Source: Candidatus Altimarinota bacterium (GTDB lineage Bacteria; Patescibacteriota; Gracilibacteria; UBA1369). From it: a DNA stretch of 32,000 nt. Numbering within the stretch: position 1 is the stretch's first letter; every line of letters starts with the position of its first letter. Under the pieces are notes generated by a model that saw nothing but the letters and a program-made list of their open reading frames with translations, was not told the DNA's origin and ran no database searches. Location of the stretch: positions 1 through 32,000 of the forward strand of contig JBAZYK010000014.1 in NCBI GenBank assembly GCA_041659405.1. Reading direction: 5' to 3'. Positions 6,622-15,474 of the stretch are shown here, in pieces. The position numbers and the translations under genes are program-made.

Positions 6622-8016
6622 CTAAACCTTTTTCCAGGTCGTCCCTTCCGGCGTATCTTCAAGCTGAACACCCATTTTTAAAAGTTCATCACGAATTTGA
6701 TCGGAAGTTTTGAAGTCTTTCGCTTTTCGCGCAGCATTGCGTTTTTCGATCAAATCAGCCACAGCTTGATTAATCGTCATCGCTTCTTTTGGCTCCAGGA
6801 CTCCTAAAACCGCGTCCAATTTCATCATAAAATCAATCACGTTTTTCTGACCAGCCGCCGAAATTTTCTTTTCATCCAGCAATTTATTCAACGCCTTCAT
6901 GCAATCAAACCAGGCAGCCAAACCACCGGAAGTCTCAAAATCATCATCCATTCTTTCTTCAAAATTTCTTTTGGAAGTTCCCAAAACCTCATCAATTACC
7001 TCATCGGTATCGTTTTGATCCTGAGCAGCCTTATACGCTCTTATTTTTCGTGAAAAATCATGCAACCTCATTAAAGTATTTTTGGCCTGATCCAAAATCT
7101 CATTACTAAAATCAATCGGAGACCTATAATGCGTCTGCAAAAACAACAACCTAACAGCCTGTGGATCATACTTTTCAAAAATATCCCTCAAAGTAAAAAA
7201 GTTCCCAAGTGACTTGGACATCTTTTCATTATTGATTTGAATGAAGCCATTATGGAGCCAGTAATTCACAAAAGGCGCGCCGTTTGCCGCTTCACTTTGC
7301 GCAATTTCACACTCATGATGAGGAAATGTAAGATCCGCGCCACCACCATGAATATCAAAAGTAACACCCAGAATTTGTTTACTCATAGCGCTACATTCAA
7401 TGTGCCAGCCCGGCCTGCCAACACCCCAGGGACTCTCCCAAAAAGGTTCACCCGGTTTGGAAAGTTTCCACAAAACAAAATCCTGAGGACTTTTTTTTCC
7501 TACTTTAACAGCCACTCTTGAACCGGCCTTCAATTTATCCAGCTTTTGCTTTGAGAGCTTTCCATAATCCTTGAATTTGGTCACATCAAAATAAACTCCA
7601 TCATCCAAAAGATAAGTAAATCCTTTCTTTTCCAGATCCTTAATTAGCTCAATCATTTGCGGAACATATTCGGTAGCCTTTGGCTGAACATCCGGTTTCA
7701 TTATTCCCAGAGAGGCATAATCACGATCATATTCCGGAATTATTTGCGCAGCCAACTCCGCCACGGTAATTTTTTTCAGCTCCGCGCGTTGAATCAGTTT
7801 ATCGTCAATATCGGTATAATTGGAGACATAAGTCACTTTATAGCCCTTATAGACAAGATATTTGCGAATAATATCAAAAGAAACCGCCGACCTTCCATGC
7901 CCAAGATGCCCCAGGTCATAAACCGTCGGTCCACAAACATACATACTAACTTTGCCTTCTTGCAGCGGTTTAAAAGCCTCCTTTTTTGCCGTTAAAGTAT
8001 TGTGAATATTCAGCAT
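6622..8016 (-). CDS. cysS: Cysteine--tRNA ligase
   Basis: HIGH-type motif HLGHGRS, the KMSKSLGN motif and a GWHIECS zinc/cysteine-site block are present. The ATG overlaps the yggT stop by 1 nt (TAATG). Confidence 0.95.
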   Translation of the reverse strand: MLNIHNTLTAKKEAFKPLQEGKVSMYVCGPTVYDLGHLGHGRSAVSFDIIRKYLVYKGYKVTYVSNYTDIDDKLIQRAELKKITVAELAAQIIPEYDRDYASLGIMKPDVQPKATEYVPQMIELIKDLEKKGFTYLLDDGVYFDVTKFKDYGKLSKQKLDKLKAGSRVAVKVGKKSPQDFVLWKLSKPGEPFWESPWGVGRPGWHIECSAMSKQILGVTFDIHGGGADLTFPHHECEIAQSEAANGAPFVNYWLHNGFIQINNEKMSKSLGNFFTLRDIFEKYDPQAVRLLFLQTHYRSPIDFSNEILDQAKNTLMRLHDFSRKIRAYKAAQDQNDTDEVIDEVLGTSKRNFEERMDDDFETSGGLAAWFDCMKALNKLLDEKKISAAGQKNVIDFMMKLDAVLGVLEPKEAMTINQAVADLIEKRNAARKAKDFKTSDQIRDELLKMGVQLEDTPEGTTWKKV

Positions 8017-8279
8017 TATTTCGCACCTAATAAAATAAAAATCAGAGTTTTCAAAAGATCCAATGCAAAAATAGCAATAATCGGAGAAAGGTCAATCATC
8101 CCCAAATTTGGCGTAATCCTTTTTGCCAAATTCAAAATAGGATCGGTAACATCCTTCAAAATATCAATTGCCCGATTTGATTGCATTGGCATCCATGAAA
8201 GCAAAACTCTCGCCAAAATTGCAAAACTAAGCAGGTCAAAGAAAATGTTCAAAAAAGTCACAATATAATTAATGTACAT
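8016..8279 (-). CDS. yggT: YggT family membrane protein
   Basis: The 87 aa product has two TM segments. ARVLLSWMP...DVTDPILNLAKRITPNLGMIDLSPIIAIFAL matches the YGGT repeat pattern. Confidence 0.8.
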   Translation of the reverse strand: MYINYIVTFLNIFFDLLSFAILARVLLSWMPMQSNRAIDILKDVTDPILNLAKRITPNLGMIDLSPIIAIFALDLLKTLIFILLGAK

Positions 8280-8355
8280 ATATCTGTTTAAAAAACATCA
8301 GGATTTTATCAGGAAAGTCCCTTAAAATCCACCTAATAACCGCCAATATTAAACT

Positions 8356-10281
8356 CTATTTTTTCAACTTTCTGCGAATTTTTTGAATAGTCATAGAGGC
8401 CAGGCCGGATCCGGAAAGAATCCAAATCAATTCAGGGCCGTAATCATTCTGCCTTGGCATTGTTTCAAGTGAATCCAAAGCGGAAGCATGCAAATCATTA
8501 ACTGTATTCAAAATATCTGCAGCCGTCTGTGGTAAAGAACTTACCTCGGAAGCAAAAGGAATTCCCGTTACAAAATCACTCTTCATTGAAGTTTCATTGC
8601 CGGCTTCATCAAAAGCGGTAACCGCAAAATAATATTGCTTGCCATTATCCAGATTTGGAACATACCAGGTTGTGGAAGTATCTTTTGTATCCGCATAATC
8701 CTTAAGATCACTGGCATTATTACCAAAATATACACGATAATGCTTGATTACTGTATTTGGAGCGGTTAAGGCTTCCCATACCAGAACGACTTTTTTATCA
8801 CCACCATAAGAGATAACGCCTGAAACCCTGCCGGCAAACTGTCCACCTTGTTGAGTTTGCTGCGTGCCCTGAGTCTGTTGTGATTCTTGGGTAGTCACGG
8901 TTTCCGTTACTGTTACCTGAGCTTTTCCTTTATATGAGCCCTCATTACCAAGTTGATCAACCAAAATAACATCAACCGGATAAGCGCCTGCAACATTGGG
9001 AGCCTGAATAGAGGCAATATAATGCCCCGGCTTATCCAAACTTGGATTCAAAGAAATGATATCCGAATTGAACACCGCGGCCGACTGAGACAAGTTTTCC
9101 TCACTTAATACATCAAGACTTATAGCCTGTCCGGGTTTTACATTATCGGCAGGAGTAAGTGTAATTTGATCAACGGTTGGAGGAGTTGTATCAATTGTAA
9201 TTTGCACAGGATCGGAAGTGCCCTGAATAGTTTGATTTTGATCCAAAGCCACTACATAAAACTTGTGAGCCCCATCAATAAGTGGAATGGTTTGATAGGT
9301 GAATTTACCGGTATTATCCGCCTGAACAGTTCCCATTTCTTGCTGATTATCAAAAATCTTAACTGTATAGCTAGCAGGAGCGGAACCTGTAATAGATTGA
9401 TTTTTTTGACTAAAACTGCCGGCAACCGGAGTAGTAATTAACGGCTTGGATAAATTTTGCTGTGAACCCTGTTGTCCTTGATTACCAACTGTAACGGTAG
9501 CAGTTCCCTTTAAAAGAACATTACTTAAATCATTAACATTTACTTTGTAAGTTCCATTCGAGGTAAAACTTAAACCCAAACTAAATTGATGAACACCCAA
9601 ATCACTTGCCTTAAAAGTGTAATCTACCGGCAAAGAAACATTATTGCTGTTATCACCTCCAGCTGAAAAATGAACCGTACCAACATAATCTTGAACAGTC
9701 TGATTAGAGGAATCCTGAGCAGTTATCTTAAAACTAACATTCTGACCGGACTGAATACTTACCGGAAAATCAGAAATTTGGAATTGACTCAACGCGCCAA
9801 AATCAGCAGCCTGAGCCACATTAATAAAATTGAAGTCACCACCGACATCTTGCATATATTGCTGAGAAGACAAAAAAGCGACCTGAGGTCTTTGATCAAG
9901 CACAACATTCGCAGTAGAATCAATTACGCTAAAGATAGAAACACCCTTATCCAAAGAAGAAACGGCAAAACTGGTTTTACCGGATCTATCCGAAATACCG
10001 GCAAAACTCAAAGCTTTGATTACATCATTGTTTCTGCTGGAAACGAGTGTTACAGCATGTCCGGGATACGGAGTGCCAAAAGCATCCATTAGTTGAACCT
10101 GGAGCGTTGCTGAGTCCCTGCCATCGTTTTGAATAACAGTTCTACTTACGGTAACGTTCGATTTTTGAGCTGAAACGGCACTAACGGTAACCTGGCCACT
10201 GGATGCCAAAGCCACATAAGGGGTCAAAAACATCAGAATAGTTGTTGCTGAAGCCAAAAATTTAGATATTTGTTTTTTCAT
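8356..10281 (-). CDS. Secreted, cell-anchored surface protein with Ig-like (Big/invasin-type) domains and a fibronectin type III domain
   Basis: Signal peptide MKKQISKFLASATTILMFLTPYVALASS. A Big_1-like segment reads DSATLQVQLMDAFGTPYPGHAVTLVS. Q-rich linkers are present (GNQGQQGSQQN, TQESQQTQGTQQTQQGGQ). An FN3-like block reads VVLVWEALTAPNTVIKHYRVYFG...YYFAVTAFDEAGNETS. The C-terminus has a hydrophobic segment plus a basic tail (LIWILSGSGLASMTIQKIRRKLKK). Confidence 0.7.
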   Translation of the reverse strand: MKKQISKFLASATTILMFLTPYVALASSGQVTVSAVSAQKSNVTVSRTVIQNDGRDSATLQVQLMDAFGTPYPGHAVTLVSSRNNDVIKALSFAGISDRSGKTSFAVSSLDKGVSIFSVIDSTANVVLDQRPQVAFLSSQQYMQDVGGDFNFINVAQAADFGALSQFQISDFPVSIQSGQNVSFKITAQDSSNQTVQDYVGTVHFSAGGDNSNNVSLPVDYTFKASDLGVHQFSLGLSFTSNGTYKVNVNDLSNVLLKGTATVTVGNQGQQGSQQNLSKPLITTPVAGSFSQKNQSITGSAPASYTVKIFDNQQEMGTVQADNTGKFTYQTIPLIDGAHKFYVVALDQNQTIQGTSDPVQITIDTTPPTVDQITLTPADNVKPGQAISLDVLSEENLSQSAAVFNSDIISLNPSLDKPGHYIASIQAPNVAGAYPVDVILVDQLGNEGSYKGKAQVTVTETVTTQESQQTQGTQQTQQGGQFAGRVSGVISYGGDKKVVLVWEALTAPNTVIKHYRVYFGNNASDLKDYADTKDTSTTWYVPNLDNGKQYYFAVTAFDEAGNETSMKSDFVTGIPFASEVSSLPQTAADILNTVNDLHASALDSLETMPRQNDYGPELIWILSGSGLASMTIQKIRRKLKK

Positions 10282-10323
10282 AATGTGAGTTTTATAAATC
10301 TTTACATTATAGCAGAAAACCGC

Positions 10324-11343
10324 CTAAAAAACAAACATGGCATCACCAAAACTATAGAAACGATACTTTCTTCTTATAGCTTCATCATAAGCTTTCAGGG
10401 TAAAATCCTTCCCGGCAAAGGAAGAAACCAGTAGCAGCAGCGAACTTTGAGGCAGATGGAAATTGGTTATCATCCCCCTAACACATTTCCATTCATACCC
10501 GGGATAAATAAAAATACTGGTCTTTTGAAGACCGGTCGCAAAGCCGGTTTTTTGGTCAAAAGCACTTTCCAGAACCCTAACGGAAGTAGTTCCCACAGCC
10601 ACAATCCTGCGTCCTTCCTGCTGCGCCTTAAAAAGACGCCCGGCCGTTCCATCATCAATTTCAAAAAACTCCTCGTGCATTTTATGTTCTTCAATTTTTG
10701 GAACCTTAATTGGCAAAAAAGTACCAAGTCCAACATGCAAAGTCACAAATTCCAGCTGGATCCCCTTATTTTTCAGCTTGGCCAAGAGCTCTTCCGTAAA
10801 ATGCAAACCGGCCGTTGGCGCCGCCACACTCCCATGTTTATCCGCATAAACGGTTTGATAATCAGCAAAACTCGCCTGAGGATTTTTAATATATGGCGGA
10901 AAGGGAGGTAATCCAACCTTAAAAAGTTCACTCTCTAGATCCGCGCCATTAAGCGAAAAAGCCACCAGGCGCTGTCCATCTTCCAGAATATCTTCAACCA
11001 CAAAAGACAAATTTTCATTGATTTTAAATTCCGCCCCTTGCTTTAAAACCTTTCCGGGCTTGGCTAAAACAAACCAACGCTGATGATCTTTCTGTCTAAT
11101 CAGGAAAATTTCCAGCGTTCTTTCTCCACGTTTAAACAAAATTCTGGCAGGAATAACCTTGGAATTATTAAAAACCAAAACATCACCGGGATTCAAATAA
11201 TCTAAAATATCATAAAAATGCTTATGCTCAATTTGCCGTTTAGCACTATCAAGAACCATTAATTTACAAGAATCTCTGGGTGTAGCCGGCTTTTGCGCAA
11301 TCAGCTCCGGCGGCAAGCAATAGTCAAAATCCTTTAAGAACAT
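10324..11343 (-). CDS. queA: S-adenosylmethionine:tRNA ribosyltransferase-isomerase
   Basis: FDYCLPPELIAQKPATPRDSCKLMVL at the N-terminus, plus AAPTAGLHFT and VGTTSVRVLES motifs. Confidence 0.93.
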   Translation of the reverse strand: MFLKDFDYCLPPELIAQKPATPRDSCKLMVLDSAKRQIEHKHFYDILDYLNPGDVLVFNNSKVIPARILFKRGERTLEIFLIRQKDHQRWFVLAKPGKVLKQGAEFKINENLSFVVEDILEDGQRLVAFSLNGADLESELFKVGLPPFPPYIKNPQASFADYQTVYADKHGSVAAPTAGLHFTEELLAKLKNKGIQLEFVTLHVGLGTFLPIKVPKIEEHKMHEEFFEIDDGTAGRLFKAQQEGRRIVAVGTTSVRVLESAFDQKTGFATGLQKTSIFIYPGYEWKCVRGMITNFHLPQSSLLLLVSSFAGKDFTLKAYDEAIRRKYRFYSFGDAMFVF

Positions 11344-11345
11344 AA

Positions 11346-12539
11346 TTATAAAATTGATTTCTCTTTATCATTAGCTGCAGGAACTTGTGGCTCCGCCATA
11401 TCACTCCAGCTGGTCGAATTTTTAACAGCTGTTTCGATTGTGTCTTTAGAGCCGCTAAAACGAATCGCCATCAAAGTCACATCGTCTTCCTGAACATGAT
11501 CCTGAACAAATCTGGAAAAATCACGTGCAACATGAAACACAATTCCTTCAGGGCCATATTGCGGCGCATAAAGTTGAATTGCCTGCTTTAATCTATCCAG
11601 TCCAAACATTTCACCGGCCATATTTCTGGCTTCTGTAAGACCATCACTGTAAAGAATAATCACGTCATCTTTCATCAATGGAAGCGTAACTTCTTTCACG
11701 ATTTTGCTGTTATCGGCAACCATTCCAAGAGCAATACCACCGGCCATTTTATCTTCACATTCTCCTTTGTGGGCTCTGTAAACAAGCAAATGCTCGTGAC
11801 CGGCTCCCACATAACTCATTGTTTGAGTAGTCGAATTCCATTTCAACATCAACATCGTCATGAACATGGTTGACTTGATTCTGGCCTTTAATTGGCGGTT
11901 TGTTTGAACCACAACATCATAAGCACTATCATAAACATCAACCAAAGTATGAATCAGCGTATTCACCATCATCATGATCAAAGCCGCAGGAACTCCATGT
12001 CCGGTCACATCTCCAATGTAAATAAAAGTATTATCTTTATTAGTTATGAAATCGAAATTATCACCACCAAGCTCAACAGCCGGCCTTGTTTTGGCTACAA
12101 TGTCCAATCCCGCAATGTGTGGCGCGGCAGTCGGCAAAATCTCTTTTTGAATCTGCCCGGCAATTTCCAGCTCACCCATCATGCGTTTTCCTTCACGCAG
12201 TTGATTGGAGATTTTTTCAAAATTTCTGGTAACTTCATTAAAAAAATGAGCGATAACCCCAATTTCATCAATCCTTTTACTAAAGAATCTTTTGTATTCT
12301 TTTCCCATTAACAAAGCCCTGATTTCATTTAAAATAACGTTCATTGGTCTGACAAACTCATACCAGTAAACAAGCAGGAAATAAGCCAAAAAGAAGACAA
12401 GCACCCCGGCAAAAGTAACCAGACTTATATTTTGATAATTCTGAGAAAAAAAGTAATAAACTATTACAGCGGCCAACACTGTAAAAAGAATAAAATAGTT
12501 AAATACTTTCCAAAGGATGCTTTTTCTGAAGAAATTCAT
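11346..12539 (-). CDS. Membrane-anchored PP2C/SpoIIE-family serine phosphatase with a HAMP-like linker (RsbU-like)
   Basis: Two N-terminal TM segments are followed by a HAMP-like region (RIDEIGVIAHFFNEVTRNF). PP2C/SpoIIE motifs are GGDNFDF, GDVTGHGVPAALIMMMV, LYSDGLTEA and DDVTLMAIR. Confidence 0.85.
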   Translation of the reverse strand: MNFFRKSILWKVFNYFILFTVLAAVIVYYFFSQNYQNISLVTFAGVLVFFLAYFLLVYWYEFVRPMNVILNEIRALLMGKEYKRFFSKRIDEIGVIAHFFNEVTRNFEKISNQLREGKRMMGELEIAGQIQKEILPTAAPHIAGLDIVAKTRPAVELGGDNFDFITNKDNTFIYIGDVTGHGVPAALIMMMVNTLIHTLVDVYDSAYDVVVQTNRQLKARIKSTMFMTMLMLKWNSTTQTMSYVGAGHEHLLVYRAHKGECEDKMAGGIALGMVADNSKIVKEVTLPLMKDDVIILYSDGLTEARNMAGEMFGLDRLKQAIQLYAPQYGPEGIVFHVARDFSRFVQDHVQEDDVTLMAIRFSGSKDTIETAVKNSTSWSDMAEPQVPAANDKEKSIL

Positions 12540-12548
12540 AAAAATAAA

Positions 12549-12917
12549 TTAAGCTCCGATTTTTTCCACAAACTGGTTTAAAGTATCATAGTAAGTAACC
12601 ACTGAAAAAAGACCAATTACCTGAAAAATATCTTTAACATTAGCCTTGGCATTAACAACAACCAAAGCCTTTCCGGTTTTAACCAAATGTGAATGGATAG
12701 CCATTAAAAAGCCAATACTTTCACTGTTGATATAATCCAAAGCACCAAAATCAAAAACCAGATATTGCAAACTGTAATTTTCGATTAAGGCCTCAAGTTT
12801 GCCCTTAACTTCGGTCAAACCGGCTTTATCCATTTCACCACGGAATTCCACCACCTGATATTTATTTAAAGGCGGAACAATTTGAATAGTTAGATTTTCT
12901 GCTGAATAGTCACTCAT
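12549..12917 (-). CDS. STAS-domain anti-sigma-factor-antagonist-like protein (RsbV/SpoIIAA-like)
   Basis: The 122 aa product contains LVFDFGALDYINSESIGFLMAIHSHLVKTGKALVVVNAKANVKDIFQVIGL, a canonical STAS pattern. The Ser is kept at the position aligned by eye with the phospho-Ser of the DS(S/T)GLG motif. Confidence 0.85.
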   Translation of the reverse strand: MSDYSAENLTIQIVPPLNKYQVVEFRGEMDKAGLTEVKGKLEALIENYSLQYLVFDFGALDYINSESIGFLMAIHSHLVKTGKALVVVNAKANVKDIFQVIGLFSVVTYYDTLNQFVEKIGA

Positions 12918-12932
12918 ATTTAAAAAATTAAA

Positions 12933-15353
12933 TTATACAGGCTCTAATACTTGAGCATTTTGAATTAAAGAAGTAGAAGCAATTTCAATTTCGGAAGATT
13001 TTCTTTTCTCTAAAATATCATCAATCAACTGTGCTTCATGATAAGCCTCCAGACAAAGATAGGCTTCTTTAAGCTTAAATAACAATTCAGAGTCGGCACT
13101 TTGCAATAAAGAATTCATATTGGGTGACTTGAAAAACAAATGATGTAATTTTACCGAAATTTCTTTTTGTAATACCGAAACCATGACCATCTGCAAGTCT
13201 GGACTCAACTCATGCAAAAGTTCACGCGTCTTGGCTAAGACTACTGAATTTTTCCCCAAAAGTAAATGAGCAAGATAGCTTCCGGCTTCCCGATAACCCA
13301 ATTTCAAAAGCGAACAGGAGGCATACAATCGCAACTCCGGATTGGAAACGGTAAGATAGGGGATTAATTCGTTCCTTCCCTCGCCAATATCTCCGGCAAT
13401 CGAACACGCAGCGACCTGATCGTTGAAAGAAATCGATCTCAACATAAAATAAAAAATCTTCTTCAACCTGGTGCGCAACTTTTTAAATTGCCAAAGCGTC
13501 ACCAACGCCTGCGCTCTAACAAAAGCATCCCCGGCGTGCAAATAAGGCTCAACATAATAAATAATATTCGGATCATTAAATAACTCGCAAGCACGAATGG
13601 AAGCAGCCTGCAATTTAGGCCCGGAATTCTTTAAAATATCCAACAAAAAAGGAACAATTTCCGGATCACGAAAATGCGCCAAAGTTTTAATAATCGCAGT
13701 TTGAATTTGTTCATTTGGCTTTTCTGCAAACAATTTCTTTAGTTCATCAATAACCCTGTATCTGGCAAAAGACTGTTTAAGCATATATTTCTTCAACCGA
13801 GGAAATGCTTCTAAAGCCTTTATTGCAGCCAATACTAGATGTTGATCCTTGGAATTAAGAAAGTGCAAAATATCGGGGATATTTTCAATATTTCCAATCT
13901 TCCCAAGCATTTGTAGAATTTTGACCTTGATCAAGGTATCCTCGGAACTCTTATGTAAAGCCTTAACCAAAATAGGAGCGGCATTTTTATGGCCCTGTTG
14001 AGACAAAATTTCAATTGCATGCAGTTTTGAAATGGCATTTTCACCAATCGAAAGATTATTTTGAGCAAGCTTTGTATAACGATTTTGAAGTCTGAATGTA
14101 AGAACCACCATTGCCAGTGCCAAAGTCACAAAGCTCAATTGTATGAGCAAAGACGCATCTTTTTCCAGAAAAAACCATTGAATAAACAAAAGCATGACTG
14201 TTCCAATGATAGTTCCAAGTGGCAATAAAAGTGCTTCAAAAAGCTCTCTTACCTGGCGTTGTGTCCCATGCTTTAAGGCATAATAAGAAGCCTCATAGGC
14301 ATTCCTGTTTATTACACCGGAAATCTCAAAATTATTCTTTGCCAAGATCGTAGTAAAAGTTCCAAACCCAAAAAATAAAGATAAAGCGCTAAAAAACGTC
14401 ATCAAGGCATGAATCATAAAACTGGCCACAGTACCATATTTTTTCAAGATTCTACTTGCAACAAATAACTGAACAAAAAGCGCGCAGGCATTAAACAAGA
14501 TATAAAAAGACGCCAATCCCTGAGTCAGCCCTTCTTCCTGAGCAGCCTCCGTTTGAACGCCATGCAATCCACCTTCAATCACGTTAGTATATTGATACTC
14601 AAGCAGATGGGCAATAATCCATTGTAAAAGGAAAATCACAAATAAAGATTGTAGAAAAGGAACAGACCGCAAATGAGTTACCGCAGACTTAAATTCCCTA
14701 AAACGTTCCACCAAGAATGGCTTTTCTGAAACCTTTTTAGCATGAATGATATGATGATAAGAAGAAACTTTTGGTTGCAAAAACAAAGTAACACTTACCA
14801 GTAAAAATAAGAAAAATGTCCAAATATAGAGTAATTTAACCGGTTGAACAAACATGGTTAAACTGGCAGCCAACAAACCCGCAAAGATACCACCAAGCGT
14901 TTCCGAAGAATCAATAATCGGGGAGATTCTTTCACATTCCAATGGCGAGAAAAAGTCCTCCAGATAGTTCGAAATAAATATTGTTAATTGAGGAACAAAA
15001 ATACCAAAAGTAAGCAACAAAAAAGCAAAGAATATAAAAACATGATTCAAAAACAAAGTCGCAACAAACAATAACGAGCCGGAAATCAGAGCACACATAA
15101 CAATAAGGCTCCTAACCGATAAATGCTCATGTAGAAAAGCAAACAAGAACATTCCCAAAATATTTAAAAGAGCCTGGATCAAGAAAAGATAGGGGAGCGA
15201 AGTGATCGAAAATCTTGTAACAAACATGGCTGTTAAAACCGTCCAGCCAATCACAAACCCCACACGATGCAAAAACTTCACAAACCAGGCGTAAGCCGTT
15301 CTTGGCAATTCGTGAGGAGAAATATTAAAGATTTTTTCAATAAGTTTTAGCAT
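12933..15353 (-). CDS. Polytopic membrane protein (MFS / ATP:ADP-antiporter-like N-terminal half) fused to C-terminal HEAT / PBS-lyase-type repeats
   Basis: The first 420 aa or so contain roughly 11-12 hydrophobic segments. The C-terminal 380 aa or so contain repeated motifs of the type AAPILVKALHKSSEDTLIKVKILQMLGKIGN and IVPFLLDILKNSGPKLQAASIRAC. The family assignment is from architecture only. Confidence 0.55.
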   Translation of the reverse strand: MLKLIEKIFNISPHELPRTAYAWFVKFLHRVGFVIGWTVLTAMFVTRFSITSLPYLFLIQALLNILGMFLFAFLHEHLSVRSLIVMCALISGSLLFVATLFLNHVFIFFAFLLLTFGIFVPQLTIFISNYLEDFFSPLECERISPIIDSSETLGGIFAGLLAASLTMFVQPVKLLYIWTFFLFLLVSVTLFLQPKVSSYHHIIHAKKVSEKPFLVERFREFKSAVTHLRSVPFLQSLFVIFLLQWIIAHLLEYQYTNVIEGGLHGVQTEAAQEEGLTQGLASFYILFNACALFVQLFVASRILKKYGTVASFMIHALMTFFSALSLFFGFGTFTTILAKNNFEISGVINRNAYEASYYALKHGTQRQVRELFEALLLPLGTIIGTVMLLFIQWFFLEKDASLLIQLSFVTLALAMVVLTFRLQNRYTKLAQNNLSIGENAISKLHAIEILSQQGHKNAAPILVKALHKSSEDTLIKVKILQMLGKIGNIENIPDILHFLNSKDQHLVLAAIKALEAFPRLKKYMLKQSFARYRVIDELKKLFAEKPNEQIQTAIIKTLAHFRDPEIVPFLLDILKNSGPKLQAASIRACELFNDPNIIYYVEPYLHAGDAFVRAQALVTLWQFKKLRTRLKKIFYFMLRSISFNDQVAACSIAGDIGEGRNELIPYLTVSNPELRLYASCSLLKLGYREAGSYLAHLLLGKNSVVLAKTRELLHELSPDLQMVMVSVLQKEISVKLHHLFFKSPNMNSLLQSADSELLFKLKEAYLCLEAYHEAQLIDDILEKRKSSEIEIASTSLIQNAQVLEPV

Positions 15354-15400
15354 TGTTTTTTATTTTTGAGTTTATTTTGAGCTTCTTCAATAATTAATAT

Positions 15401-15429
15401 ATTATAATACACAAGCGCAAATATAGCAA
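15401..15429 (-). promoter_or_regulatory. Candidate strong sigma70-type promoter for the transporter-HEAT / STAS / phosphatase operon
   Basis: On the minus strand: TTGCTA (15429-15424), a 17 nt spacer, then TATAAT (15406-15401). It lies about 48 nt upstream of the ATG at 15353, in the only sizeable gap (121 nt) of this gene run. Confidence 0.4.
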
Positions 15430-15474
15430 TGCTAAAGCCAAGCAGCGAAGCGTTCGCCAAGAAATAATTCTCTC

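Noticed and set aside
7237-7995. Plus-strand ORFs 7237-7521 and 7657-7995 inside cysS
   Set aside because: They are antisense shadow ORFs of a well-supported gene, with low-complexity, Arg/Phe/Asn-rich translations and no recognisable motifs. The same reasoning applies to 3459-3701, 3964-4227, 5320-5550, 6366-6671, 8002-8268, 9166-9441, 9670-10092, 10447-10911, 10470-10736, 11385-11591, 11892-12311, 13222-13407, 16408-16638, 17340-17588, 18072-18462, 19027-19658, 19948-20157, 20951-21136, 24306-24881, 25231-25422, 26087-26394, 28437-29036 and 29853-30128.
8800-9500. Repetitive-looking CAA/CAG-rich DNA in the surface protein gene, considered as a tandem repeat or CRISPR-like array
   Set aside because: These are just short Q-rich linker-coding stretches (QGQQGSQQ, QQTQGTQQTQQ). 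There are no regular repeat-spacer units, and the region is fully in frame within a long ORF.
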